The notes under the pieces: generated by a model | Seen by the model: only the letters and a program-made list of their open reading frames with translations | Told to the model about the DNA's origin: nothing | Databases searched by the model: none | Assembly: GCA_015068645.1 (NCBI GenBank) | Contig: SVKD01000006.1 | Location: forward strand, 61,265-125,264 | Reading direction: 5' to 3' | Source of the DNA: Oscillospiraceae bacterium | GTDB lineage: Bacteria; Bacillota; Clostridia; UMGS1840 | DNA length: 64,000 bases | Shown: piece by piece, positions 37,761-46,576 of the stretch | How the letters are laid out: each line of letters begins with the position of its first letter | Position numbering within the stretch: the stretch's first letter is position 1 | Position numbers and translations under genes: made by a program

Positions 37761-37842
37761 CTGCGCTTTTTTGAGTAACAGGTAAAGGCAGAGCAAGCAA
37801 ACCTCATTCCTCGACGTGTTGAGAATCAGATAAAAAGAAAAA

Positions 37843-37876
37843 ATGACAATACTGTAACAAGTATTGTCATTTTTTG
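37843..37876 (+). terminator. Intrinsic terminator, left copy of a duplicated hairpin
   Basis: ATGACAATACTGTAACAAGTATTGTCAT followed by a T-run. Same hairpin as 39085..39112, with 1 mismatch. Confidence 0.8.
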
Positions 37877-37913
37877 TTTTGTGTGATATACTGAATTTAT
37901 CAAATTTTTCGAG

Positions 37914-39071
37914 GTGATTCTGACAGTGAAAAAAATAGGTGTTATCGGTTTTGGCGGACGGATTCAGTCTTTAGTCATCAACGAATTTGGCGATTATCCC
38001 GAGCTTCAGATTGTGGCGATTGCGGATGCGGATTTACAAGGTGCCAAAGAACGTGCCAACAATACCAAAAATTTAGATGCAACCAAGGTAACCTTTTATG
38101 AAAAAGGGGAAGAAATGCTGGATAAGGAAGAGTTAGACGGTGTTTTTGTGGGTACCCGTTGCAACCTACATACTAAATATGCGGTGGAAGTGTTACAAAG
38201 AAAAATTCCTTTGTTTTTGGAAAAACCCGTGGTAATCACCTTGGAAGATTACTACGAATTAAAAGAAGCGGTAGATACCCATAAGGGAATCGGGATGACT
38301 TCTTTCCCTCTTCGTTTGACCGACATCTTGCAAAAGGTGAAAGAAATCTATGATAGCGGTGCTTTGGGGACCCTGTCTCAGATTCAGGCATATAACAATG
38401 TGCCCTACGGCAGAGTGTATTATAAATATTGGTATCGTGACGAAAGCATCACCGGCGGTCTGTTTTTGCAGAAAGCAACCCACGATTTGGATTATATCAA
38501 TTATGTGTTGGGAAAACAGCCCGTGGAAATCTGTGCTATGGAATCCAAAATGGTTTACAAGGGAGACAAACCTGCCAACTTAAAATGCGAGGATTGCCCT
38601 GAATATGAAACCTGCTATGAAAGCACAAAAGTGATTTCCGAACAGGCATCGGATTCTCCCAACGGAGAATACTGTTCCTATGGGGAAGATGTGGGCAATC
38701 ACGACAGCGCCACCATTATGATGCAGTACGAAGACGGTCTGCACGCGGTTTATACTCAGAATTTTGTGGCAAGAAAAGAAGCAGGCAGACGCGGTATGCG
38801 GATGATTGGACAGAAAGCAACCCTGGAATTTGACTGGACTACCAACGAAATCAAATTCTTCCCTCACGATAAAAACACGGTGGAACATATTATGGTGCGT
38901 CCCAAAGCAGGCGGTGGACACGGCGGCGGAGACAATATTTTAATCCGCGACTTTGCCGCAATTTTAAATGGGGATACCTCCCGTTCCAGCTTATATGATG
39001 GTTTGCAGAGTGCATACCTTTGCCTAAAGGCAAAAGAATCTGCCGAAAAACATCAGTTTATCAGATTATAA
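37914..39071 (+). CDS. Gfo/Idh/MocA-family NAD(P)-dependent oxidoreductase
   Basis: N-terminal Rossmann motif KIGVIGFGGR and EKP motif (FLEKPV). 385 aa. GTG start, position uncertain. Confidence 0.8.
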   Translation: MILTVKKIGVIGFGGRIQSLVINEFGDYPELQIVAIADADLQGAKERANNTKNLDATKVTFYEKGEEMLDKEELDGVFVGTRCNLHTKYAVEVLQRKIPLFLEKPVVITLEDYYELKEAVDTHKGIGMTSFPLRLTDILQKVKEIYDSGALGTLSQIQAYNNVPYGRVYYKYWYRDESITGGLFLQKATHDLDYINYVLGKQPVEICAMESKMVYKGDKPANLKCEDCPEYETCYESTKVISEQASDSPNGEYCSYGEDVGNHDSATIMMQYEDGLHAVYTQNFVARKEAGRRGMRMIGQKATLEFDWTTNEIKFFPHDKNTVEHIMVRPKAGGGHGGGDNILIRDFAAILNGDTSRSSLYDGLQSAYLCLKAKESAEKHQFIRL

Positions 39072-39084
39072 ATATAACAAATAA

Positions 39085-39120
39085 ATGACAATACCGTAAC
39101 AAGTATTGTCATTTATTATT
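39085..39120 (+). terminator. Intrinsic terminator, right copy of the duplicated hairpin
   Basis: ATGACAATACCGTAACAAGTATTGTCAT followed by a T-rich tract. Confidence 0.75.
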
Positions 39121-39225
39121 TTTTGTGTTATAACTGAGTTAAGTAAAATATACGTTATAATTTAATTGTTGTGATAAGTTTATGTTAAAAAGTTTCACCA
39201 ATATGAATAGAAAGGTTGTTGAGAG

Positions 39226-40263
39226 ATGAAACGTTTTACATCAGTTGTTGCTTTGTTGTTGGCAGTTACCATAGTGCCCGGCTGTTCGCTAAAAAACAAA
39301 CAATCCGATCATCAGCCTGTGGCTACTCCTGTTGTAACGCCTGTTGCAACCCCGGAACCCACAGAAGCTCCGGTGGATCCTTTCTTGGAAACTTATATCA
39401 ATACGGACGAGCGTCCCATTGCCGTAATGATTGATAATGATGATCAAAACGCCCGTCCTCAAGCTGGTTTGGACGAGGCATATCTGATTTATGAAATGTT
39501 GGTGGAAGGTGGAGCTACCAGATTTATGGCACTCTTCCGCAATACCGATGTGGAAAAAATCGGACCGGTTCGTTCTTCCCGTCATTATTTCTTGGATTAC
39601 GTTATGGAAAATGATGCGATTTATACGCACTTTGGATGGAGCCCTCAGGCCGGTTCTGATATTACCACTTATCAGATTCAGAAAATTAACGGTGTGTTGG
39701 GAGAAGATGCAGATACCTTCTGGAGAGAGGAAAAGTTCAAGGGGGACTGGCATAGTGTCTATACCTCTATTGAAAAAATTACTGAAAAGGCTGACGTAAA
39801 ATCCTATCCGAATACCACGGAACGTACCAATGGGATTGCGTATGCGGAAGCTGTGTATACTCCTCAATCCACTCAAATAGCTAATGAAGTGAGCTTTGAT
39901 TACTCCACTCGTTACCAAACTTCATACACATTTAATCCCGAAACGAAGCTTTATGAAAAGTATATTTTTGGTGAACCTCACAAAATGCAAAATGGTAACG
40001 TGTTAAGTGTGCAAAATATTATTGTGCAATTGGTAACGGATACTTCCTGGAATAATGACCCCAACCGCAGAGAACTGCAAAATACAGGCAGTGGCGTAGG
40101 TTATTATATCACCAACGGTGTGTATGAAGAAATTACTTGGGAAAAACCTTCCCGAGAAGAAAACACCGTTTATAAAAAAGCAGACGGCACACCCCTGCAG
40201 ATTAATCCCGGTAAAACAATCATTAATCTGATCAGTCCCGCATTGGGGGTGCAGTTTGAATGA
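39226..40263 (+). CDS. DUF3048 (YerB-like) lipoprotein
   Basis: Lipobox VPGC. RPIAVMIDNDDQNARPQAGLDEAYLIYEMLVEGGATRFMALF is typical of DUF3048. Confidence 0.8.
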   Translation: MKRFTSVVALLLAVTIVPGCSLKNKQSDHQPVATPVVTPVATPEPTEAPVDPFLETYINTDERPIAVMIDNDDQNARPQAGLDEAYLIYEMLVEGGATRFMALFRNTDVEKIGPVRSSRHYFLDYVMENDAIYTHFGWSPQAGSDITTYQIQKINGVLGEDADTFWREEKFKGDWHSVYTSIEKITEKADVKSYPNTTERTNGIAYAEAVYTPQSTQIANEVSFDYSTRYQTSYTFNPETKLYEKYIFGEPHKMQNGNVLSVQNIIVQLVTDTSWNNDPNRRELQNTGSGVGYYITNGVYEEITWEKPSREENTVYKKADGTPLQINPGKTIINLISPALGVQFE

Positions 40264-40547
40264 TGTTGCTACATTTTTCAATCTGGAGTTATCTGTTTTT
40301 GAAAATTTTCATTGTATGGAATTTACTCATCTTTTTTCTTTATGGTTGGGACAAGCTTGCTGCCAAAAATCATTGGTGGCGTGTTCCAGAAAAGGTGCTG
40401 CTCTTTACAGCTCTGTTGATGGGGAGCTTTGGTGCAATGTTCGGTATGGTTCTATGGAATCATAAAACATCCAAGCTGAAATTTCGTTTTTGTGTTCCGG
40501 TATTTACCCTATTGAATATGATCTTTTTTTGGATATTTCTGTTTTAA
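40260..40547 (+). CDS. DUF1294 membrane protein
   Basis: YGWDKLAAKNHWWRVPE motif. ATGA overlap with the upstream gene. Confidence 0.8.
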   Translation: MMLLHFSIWSYLFLKIFIVWNLLIFFLYGWDKLAAKNHWWRVPEKVLLFTALLMGSFGAMFGMVLWNHKTSKLKFRFCVPVFTLLNMIFFWIFLF

Positions 40548-40555
40548 AATGAAAT

Positions 40556-40597
40556 ATAAAAAAAACAGTATTTGCAAAATCGCAAATACTGTTTTTT
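40556..40597. terminator. Bidirectional intrinsic terminator
   Basis: 10-bp stem CAGTATTTGC / GCAAATACTG with flanking A and T runs. Confidence 0.85.
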
Positions 40598-40599
40598 AG

Positions 40600-41838
40600 T
40601 TACATAATGGACTCTCCTTTAAGCCACAGCCTGGTATACATAATACAAAACATAAAGCTTATCACCAAAATGGCATATCGGACATACTTGTTTTTAGTGG
40701 AGGAGTATACAATGAACAGAGGTAAACAAGCACACATGTAGCGAGAGCCGCTAATGAGCCATCCGTGGGTGTAGCAGGTCACGATGTAGGCCCCCAAGTA
40801 TACCAGATATTCAGAGCGAACCTTTTTATAAATGCCGTAGAAAATGCTGATAGTCCCCACAAAGAATAAAATGAGCTGAGGATGGTAGACGAATTTGGCA
40901 AGACCGGGGTATGCCTTTGCCATATCATAGCTATAGGTTAAGGTTTTTCCGAACCATTGTGCTTTGTTGTACCAAGGCGGCGCTGCCTGAAATTCCAAAT
41001 ATTGGAACCAGTTTCCGAAAAGGACTTTGTTCATCAGAAGATACACAAAAAAACCCAGCGGAATCAAAAGTGCCCAAAGGAATTCTTTTAGATTGAATTT
41101 CTTTTCTTTCAGTAATGAAGATGCAACGGGCACCAAGGCGCACACGAATAAAATGATACCCTGTGTTCGTGACAGACACGCCAGAAAACCGCAAATGCCC
41201 ATCCACATCGGTTTTTTGGTTCTCATAAAATATAAACACAGAACGGTGGTTAACAAAAATACGCTTTCGGTGAAAATGGCACAGTAAAACATACTAAACG
41301 GTGCTAACATCATCAGAAGTAATCCGCTGAAAGCGTTTTCTTTTTCGTAGTCCAAACGAAGCAATTCGTAGAATACGCAGGCTGCAAATGCAAATGCCAG
41401 ATTGGACACTAAAATTCCGCTGATAAAATAATCGTTGCAGAAAATATTGAATAGTTTAACCAGTAGGGGATATAGCGGATAAAACACGATGAGGTTGGCT
41501 TTATCTCCCGTGGAAACGTAGCCGTGTTCTGCTAAATGCAGGTAGTGTGGAGCATCTCCGGAAACGGAAAACACGTTGCTGATTATTTGCCAGAATGATT
41601 GGTTTGTATCCAAAAGAGAAAAGCTGAACAGATAAATCCACCAACGCAGAGCAATGGCAAAAATACCCACACGAAGCCAGATTTTATAATCGATTTTATT
41701 CGATATTGTTGGAAGTTTGTTTGGAGATTTTTTGGTAGCGATAACGGGGGCCGGTTTTTCCATAAAAAAGGCAATCAAAACGCCGATTCCTGCCGCAATG
41801 AGCAGGATGGATCCAAAGATGTTTAAAAAATCTGCCAT
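40600..41838 (-). CDS. Polytopic membrane protein, GT-C-fold glycosyltransferase-like (PIG-V/GT87-like)
   Basis: 412 aa with about 11 TM helices. The first extracytoplasmic loop, GDAPHYLHLAEHGY, is typical of bacterial PIG-V-like mannosyltransferases. Confidence 0.5.
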   Translation of the reverse strand: MADFLNIFGSILLIAAGIGVLIAFFMEKPAPVIATKKSPNKLPTISNKIDYKIWLRVGIFAIALRWWIYLFSFSLLDTNQSFWQIISNVFSVSGDAPHYLHLAEHGYVSTGDKANLIVFYPLYPLLVKLFNIFCNDYFISGILVSNLAFAFAACVFYELLRLDYEKENAFSGLLLMMLAPFSMFYCAIFTESVFLLTTVLCLYFMRTKKPMWMGICGFLACLSRTQGIILFVCALVPVASSLLKEKKFNLKEFLWALLIPLGFFVYLLMNKVLFGNWFQYLEFQAAPPWYNKAQWFGKTLTYSYDMAKAYPGLAKFVYHPQLILFFVGTISIFYGIYKKVRSEYLVYLGAYIVTCYTHGWLISGSRYMCACLPLFIVYSSTKNKYVRYAILVISFMFCIMYTRLWLKGESIM

Positions 41839-42059
41839 AAGAATCCCTCCTTCTAAACGATATATTATAATACTTTCATTATAAACTATTGTGAAAAAAA
41901 TGCAAGAGTTTTTTTCCTATTTCAAAAAAATACAGTCTATTCTCGGGAAAATCATCTGAAATAACTTGAAAAAATCGAGATAATATGTTACAATAAAGCC
42001 ACAAAGAAACATAACATTGCTTGACAGTGAATTTGATACAACCGTATGGAGGAAGCAAT

Positions 42060-43268
42060 ATGAAATATGTGGTATTTTTATGTGATGGGATGGCTGATGT
42101 AAAACTGGAGAATTTTGGGAATAAAACACCTTTAGAAGCAGCAAATACTCCCAATATGGACCAATATGCAAAGAAAGCCATCTTAGGTACCTTGAAAACC
42201 GTACCCGACCATTTGTCACCCGGAAGTGACGTATGTAATTTGTCGGTAATGGGGTACGATTCCAATTTGTATTACACAGGCCGTTCTCCGCTGGAAGCGG
42301 CAAGTATCGGCGTTACTTTAGCAGACAACGAAACTTCTTTCCGTGCCAATCTGGTAACACTTTCGGGAGAAGGAGAATACGAAGATCTGATTATGGAGGA
42401 TTATAGTGCAGGAGAAATCAAAACTGCTGACGCAAAGAGACTTATCGAAGATTTGACTTCTGTGTTAAATGATGAAAAAACCAAAATCTATGCAGGGGTA
42501 TCGTATCGTCACCTTTTGGTGTTATCTGATAAAAAGGTGGAAGGAAAGTTGATTCCTCCTCACGATATTTCCAAACGCTCGATAAAAGAATATCTGCCCA
42601 AAGATACAGAGATTCTTTCTTTGATGAAAAAAAGTTATGAATTTTTGAAAAATCACCCCTATAATCTGGAAAGAATCAAACAAGGCAAGAAACCTGCATC
42701 TTCCATCTGGGTATGGGGAGAAGGCAAACGTCCGAAAATGGACAGCTTCTATGATAAATTCGGCGTAAAGGGTTCTGTGATCAGTGCTGTGGATTTAATC
42801 AAAGGGATTGGTATTTTAACGGGAATGCGCTCCATTGAAGTGGAAAATGTGACCGGAAATATTGATACCAATTTTGATGGAAAAGCCAAGGCATGTATTG
42901 ATGCCTTAAAAGAGGGTGACGATTTTGTTTATGTGCATATGGAAGCACCCGACGAATGCGGACATCGTTTTGAAGCAGATAATAAAAAACTGGCAATTGA
43001 GTTGATTGATGAAAAAGTAATCGGTCCTGTTTGTCGTTATTTAGAGGGATGTGGAGAAGATTTTGCTATTTTGGTAGCACCCGACCATCCCACTCCCATT
43101 GCTACGGGAACTCATGACAGAGCACCCGTTCCGTTCTTTGCTTATTATAGCAAAAAAGAAGCGGAAGGCAATTTATACAATGAAGACAATGCTAAAGAAA
43201 CTGGTTTCCATATTGAAAACGGCTACGAACTGATGGGCAAATTTTTGAAATTGGATTTGTGGAAATAA
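42060..43268 (+). CDS. Cofactor-independent phosphoglycerate mutase, archaeal ApgM type (family also proposed as an alternative homoserine kinase)
   Basis: FLCDGMAD N-terminus and VHMEAPDECGH metalloenzyme motif. ATG at 42060 follows GGAGGA. Confidence 0.75.
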   Translation: MKYVVFLCDGMADVKLENFGNKTPLEAANTPNMDQYAKKAILGTLKTVPDHLSPGSDVCNLSVMGYDSNLYYTGRSPLEAASIGVTLADNETSFRANLVTLSGEGEYEDLIMEDYSAGEIKTADAKRLIEDLTSVLNDEKTKIYAGVSYRHLLVLSDKKVEGKLIPPHDISKRSIKEYLPKDTEILSLMKKSYEFLKNHPYNLERIKQGKKPASSIWVWGEGKRPKMDSFYDKFGVKGSVISAVDLIKGIGILTGMRSIEVENVTGNIDTNFDGKAKACIDALKEGDDFVYVHMEAPDECGHRFEADNKKLAIELIDEKVIGPVCRYLEGCGEDFAILVAPDHPTPIATGTHDRAPVPFFAYYSKKEAEGNLYNEDNAKETGFHIENGYELMGKFLKLDLWK

Positions 43269-43414
43269 GGGAAATCACAACGGAGGAACACTTGCAAAAA
43301 AACTGCAGAATAAAATCTTTGAGGCAAGTTACCAAATGGAGCTGTTTATTTCCCTGCTATAAAGCAAATATGTAAAGAATAATAGGATATAAAAATGCGA
43401 AAAGGAGAATTGCT

Positions 43415-44215
43415 ATGGGATTTTTAACTGGAAAAACCGCGATTATCACAGGAGCAGGATATGCTGTGTTATCTGACGGCAGATGCGGCTCCATTGGTTA
43501 CGGTATTGCAACCGCTTATGCAAAAGAAGGTGCAAACATCGTAATCACCGGCCGTAATGTAGCAAAATTAGAAAAAGCAAAAGAAGAACTGGAAGCAAAA
43601 TACGGCATTAAAGTATTGGCTTTGCAGGCAGATATTTCTGCGGGAAGCGACAATGAAGCAACTGCCAAAATGGTGGCAGAAAAAGCCATGGAGGAATTCG
43701 GCAGAATTGATGTGTTAATCAATAATGCCCAAGCCTCTGCATCCGGCGTAACCATCCAGGATCACACTACCGAACAGTTTGATTTAGCAATGTATTCCGG
43801 CCTGTATGCCACTTTCTATTATATGAAAGCTTGCTATCCTTATTTAAAAGAGACCAAAGGTTCCATCGTGAACTTTGCATCCGGCGCAGGATTGTTCGGT
43901 AATTACGGACAGTGCTCCTATGCGGCTGCCAAAGAAGGAATCCGTGGTTTAAGCCGTGTGGCAGCAACCGAATGGGCAAAAGACGGCATCAACACCAATG
44001 TAGTTTGTCCCCTTGCCTGGACCGCTCAGCTGGAAAACTTTGAAAAAGCATACCCCGATGCATTTAAAGCAAATGTGCATATGCCTCCTGCAGGTCATTT
44101 TGGTGACCCCGAAACCGAAATCGGCAGAGTTTGTGTGCAGCTGGCAAATCCTGATTTTAAATATTTAAACGGAGAAACCCTGACCTTAGAAGGCGGTATG
44201 GGATTGCGTCCGTAA
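43415..44215 (+). CDS. SDR-family oxidoreductase
   Basis: TGAG...GIA glycine-rich loop (with an insertion), NNAQ, and catalytic YAAAK. Confidence 0.8.
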   Translation: MGFLTGKTAIITGAGYAVLSDGRCGSIGYGIATAYAKEGANIVITGRNVAKLEKAKEELEAKYGIKVLALQADISAGSDNEATAKMVAEKAMEEFGRIDVLINNAQASASGVTIQDHTTEQFDLAMYSGLYATFYYMKACYPYLKETKGSIVNFASGAGLFGNYGQCSYAAAKEGIRGLSRVAATEWAKDGINTNVVCPLAWTAQLENFEKAYPDAFKANVHMPPAGHFGDPETEIGRVCVQLANPDFKYLNGETLTLEGGMGLRP

Positions 44216-44230
44216 GATAGGAGATTAACT

Positions 44231-44686
44231 ATGATTTTTGATACCATTGCAAATTGTGAACAGTACTATAAACTGCATCCTAACTATGAAAAAGCTTTTT
44301 CTTTTTTAAAGGATGCCATGAAAAAATTCCCGGAACCGGGCAAACACGAAATTGACGGAGATGCTTTATTTGCATCGGTTCAGGCATACAATACCTTAAC
44401 CGAAGACGGCAAAATGGAAGCTCATGAAAAATATGTGGATATTCAGTTTATCGTGTCCGGCAAAGAAACAATGTATGTGAACGATATCGAAAAATCTGAA
44501 TTAACCGATGCTTATCGGGAAGATTGGGATGCCGCTTTCTACAAGGTGGATGAAAATGCATCCCAATTAACCTTAACTCCCGGCTGCTTTGTGGTGCTTC
44601 TGCCCAATGATGCTCACAGACCTTGCGTGGCATTTGGCGGCGTTAGTGAACCGGTTCAGAAAATTGTCATGAAGGTGAAACTGTAA
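44231..44686 (+). CDS. YhcH/YjgK/YiaL-family (DUF386) protein
   Basis: 151 aa. N-terminal MIFD...YEKAFSFL and C-terminal DAHRP motif. Confidence 0.75.
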   Translation: MIFDTIANCEQYYKLHPNYEKAFSFLKDAMKKFPEPGKHEIDGDALFASVQAYNTLTEDGKMEAHEKYVDIQFIVSGKETMYVNDIEKSELTDAYREDWDAAFYKVDENASQLTLTPGCFVVLLPNDAHRPCVAFGGVSEPVQKIVMKVKL

Positions 44687-44695
44687 ACGATTTTC

Positions 44696-44724
44696 TTGAC
44701 AAACGAATGGTGCTGTGTTATCAT
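44696..44724 (+). promoter_or_regulatory. Sigma-A promoter of rnpB
   Basis: TTGACA (44696-44701), 17-nt spacer, TATCAT (44719-44724). Confidence 0.7.
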
Positions 44725-44731
44725 AGTACCC

Positions 44732-45077
44732 GATGAGTAAAACAGACAGTCGCGGGGAAGGGTTCTTTGGAATTCTTCCGTGAGGAAAGTCCGGGCTTCA
44801 CAGAGCAAGGGTGCCGGCTAACGGCCGGTGGAGGTAACTCTAAGGAAAGTGCAACAGAAAAGAACCGCCATTCTTTTTGGATGGTAAGGATGAAAAGGCG
44901 AGGTAAGAGCTCACCGGCAACCTGGAGACAGGTTGGCCGTGTAAACCCCACCCGAAGCAACACAAGACTGCACCATAGCTTGCTCGGCTGTGCGAATTGT
45001 GGCTTGAGGTAATCAGCAATGGTTATCCTAGATAGATGACTGTCAAATACAGAACCCGGCTTACAGTTTTGCTCATT
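44732..45077 (+). ncRNA. rnpB: RNase P RNA (bacterial ribozyme)
   Basis: Universally conserved P4 strands GAGGAAAGTCCGGGC and ACAGAACCCGGCTTA. P1 pairing GATGAGTAAAAC / GTTTTGCTCAT. Length about 346 nt. Confidence 0.93.
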
Positions 45078-45086
45078 TTTTAAAAG

Positions 45087-45122
45087 AAAAATCCCTGAGA
45101 TCATTTGATTTCAGGGATTTTT
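45087..45122 (+). terminator. rnpB terminator, left copy of a perfect 36-nt direct repeat
   Basis: AAAAATCCCTGAGATCATTTGATTTCAGGGATTTTT, identical to 46162..46197. Confidence 0.85.
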
Positions 45123-45123
45123 A

Positions 45124-45151
45124 TTGACTTTTTTGTCAGTTGTGTTATAAT
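45124..45151 (+). promoter_or_regulatory. Promoter of the SLH gene
   Basis: TTGACT, 16-nt spacer, TGTTATAAT (extended -10). Confidence 0.65.
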
Positions 45152-45186
45152 GAATATAACTTACCTATCAGGAGGATTCAATCATT

Positions 45187-46152
45187 ATGAAAAAAATCGT
45201 TTCTTTGTTGTTAGTGTTGTTGATGCTTTCCGGCACTGTGTTTGCTGCAGGTTTTACCGATTTGGACGAAACCCACTGGGCATATCCTCATGTGAGTGAA
45301 TTGGTAGAAAAAGGTGTCATCAATGGTTATGAGGACGGAACCTTTCGTCCTGATGCCAATGTGACCCGTGCGGAACTGGCAAAACTGTTGTATATGCAAT
45401 TCGGCGAAAATGGTTGGACATTATATATGGATGTTGAGATGACCGATTGGTTCTACCCTTATGTAACCCAAACCCACAATTATTTTATCGTGCCGATGCT
45501 GTCGTTTTATCCCGATAGAGCTGCAACCAGAGAAGAAGTGGCATATGCCATTTATGTTGCCAAAAATTTAGCTCCTGTTACCACCATAAACTTTACCGAT
45601 GCGGCTGACATTGATACACAATATCAGCAAGCGGTTGCCGCTGTGGCGGCAGAGGGTATTATCAACGGATATCCCGATGGCACATTTTTACCTAAAAATA
45701 ACATTACCCGTGCGGAAGTTGCCACGGTGCTTCACAGAGCAATCGATCTTAATGGAACTCCCGAAGGGGAAGAAGATATTCCGACAGGTTCTGCCGGTTC
45801 TCTAGAGGAGGTTCGGGAAGGAATCGTCGGTACTTGGGTGGTTGTGAAAAATGACATTTATGACGGTCCTTTAAAATGGTTGGCACAGCAGTGGGTAGAC
45901 GAGTATTTTTATGAAGGCTCAGAACACATTTTTACAGAAGATGGTATTTTCCAATGTGCCGAAGGGAAATATGTTACAACCTACGAGATTTTAAGCGACA
46001 CGAAAATCAGCTGTGTTACGGTAATCGGTGGCGATGGCGAACAGATTTACGATTACGAACTAAACGGCGACGAGTTTGTTTTATACGGCAATTATTATAT
46101 GGATGATGTTGTGATAGGACATTCTAATGCTACCTATTTTAAAAGAAAGTAA
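45187..46152 (+). CDS. Secreted S-layer-homology (SLH) domain protein with a C-terminal lipocalin-like domain
   Basis: Signal peptide. SLH repeats (FTDLDETHWAYPHV...GTFRPDANVTRAELAKLL and FTDAADID...GTFLPKNNITRAEVATVL). Confidence 0.85.
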   Translation: MKKIVSLLLVLLMLSGTVFAAGFTDLDETHWAYPHVSELVEKGVINGYEDGTFRPDANVTRAELAKLLYMQFGENGWTLYMDVEMTDWFYPYVTQTHNYFIVPMLSFYPDRAATREEVAYAIYVAKNLAPVTTINFTDAADIDTQYQQAVAAVAAEGIINGYPDGTFLPKNNITRAEVATVLHRAIDLNGTPEGEEDIPTGSAGSLEEVREGIVGTWVVVKNDIYDGPLKWLAQQWVDEYFYEGSEHIFTEDGIFQCAEGKYVTTYEILSDTKISCVTVIGGDGEQIYDYELNGDEFVLYGNYYMDDVVIGHSNATYFKRK

Positions 46153-46161
46153 ATAAACGAA

Positions 46162-46197
46162 AAAAATCCCTGAGATCATTTGATTTCAGGGATTTTT
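46162..46197. terminator. Bidirectional terminator, right copy of the 36-nt repeat
   Basis: Same sequence as 45087..45122. Ends both the SLH gene (+) and the micropeptide genes (-). Confidence 0.85.
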
Positions 46198-46205
46198 TCG
46201 TTTGG

Positions 46206-46349
46206 TTAGTTATTGAAACAGAACAGTAAGATCACTGCAATAATGATGATGATGGTAAGCCAGTTATCATTGTTATCACAGCAGTTGCGATAGGTATTGT
46301 CGCAACAAGGGTTACTCTGACAACAGTCATTGGAAAATAAGCCGTTCAT
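46206..46349 (-). CDS. 47-aa cysteine-doublet micropeptide with a C-terminal TM helix (not in the ORF track)
   Basis: My translation: MNGLFSNDCCQSNPCCDNTYRNCCDNNDNWLTIIIIIAVILLFCFNN. ATG lies 7 nt after AAGGAG. Confidence 0.6.
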   Translation of the reverse strand: MNGLFSNDCCQSNPCCDNTYRNCCDNNDNWLTIIIIIAVILLFCFNN

Positions 46350-46387
46350 GGTGTGCACTCCTTTTCGGTTTTTTGATTACTTATGGA

Positions 46388-46522
46388 TTAGTCGCAGCAG
46401 TTGTTGGTATTTCTGGTATCGCCACAACCGCCGCAGAAGAATAACAGTACAAACAGAATGATAAACCATAAAATGGTGTTATCTTTACATCCGTCTTCTC
46501 TACAACCTCTGAATAATTGCAT
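46388..46522 (-). CDS. 44-aa cysteine-rich micropeptide with a central TM helix
   Basis: Internal start of ORF 46388..46576: MQLFRGCREDGCKDNTILWFIILFVLLFFCGGCGDTRNTNNCCD. AGAGGGA RBS upstream. Shares the NCCD motif with the neighbouring peptide. Confidence 0.6.
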   Translation of the reverse strand: MQLFRGCREDGCKDNTILWFIILFVLLFFCGGCGDTRNTNNCCD

Positions 46523-46576
46523 AACAAATCCCTCTTTTTCATAATTTTTGGGGTGGTGTTTTGCACCCTTCACCAT

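Noticed and set aside
46206-46522. The Cys-rich peptides as SCIFF/ranthipeptide or other RiPP precursors (P1 has six Cys in 44 residues).
   Set aside because: There is no radical-SAM or other maturase gene nearby. Both peptides contain a strongly hydrophobic TM helix, and they lack the SCIFF GGCGECQTSCQSACK-type core.
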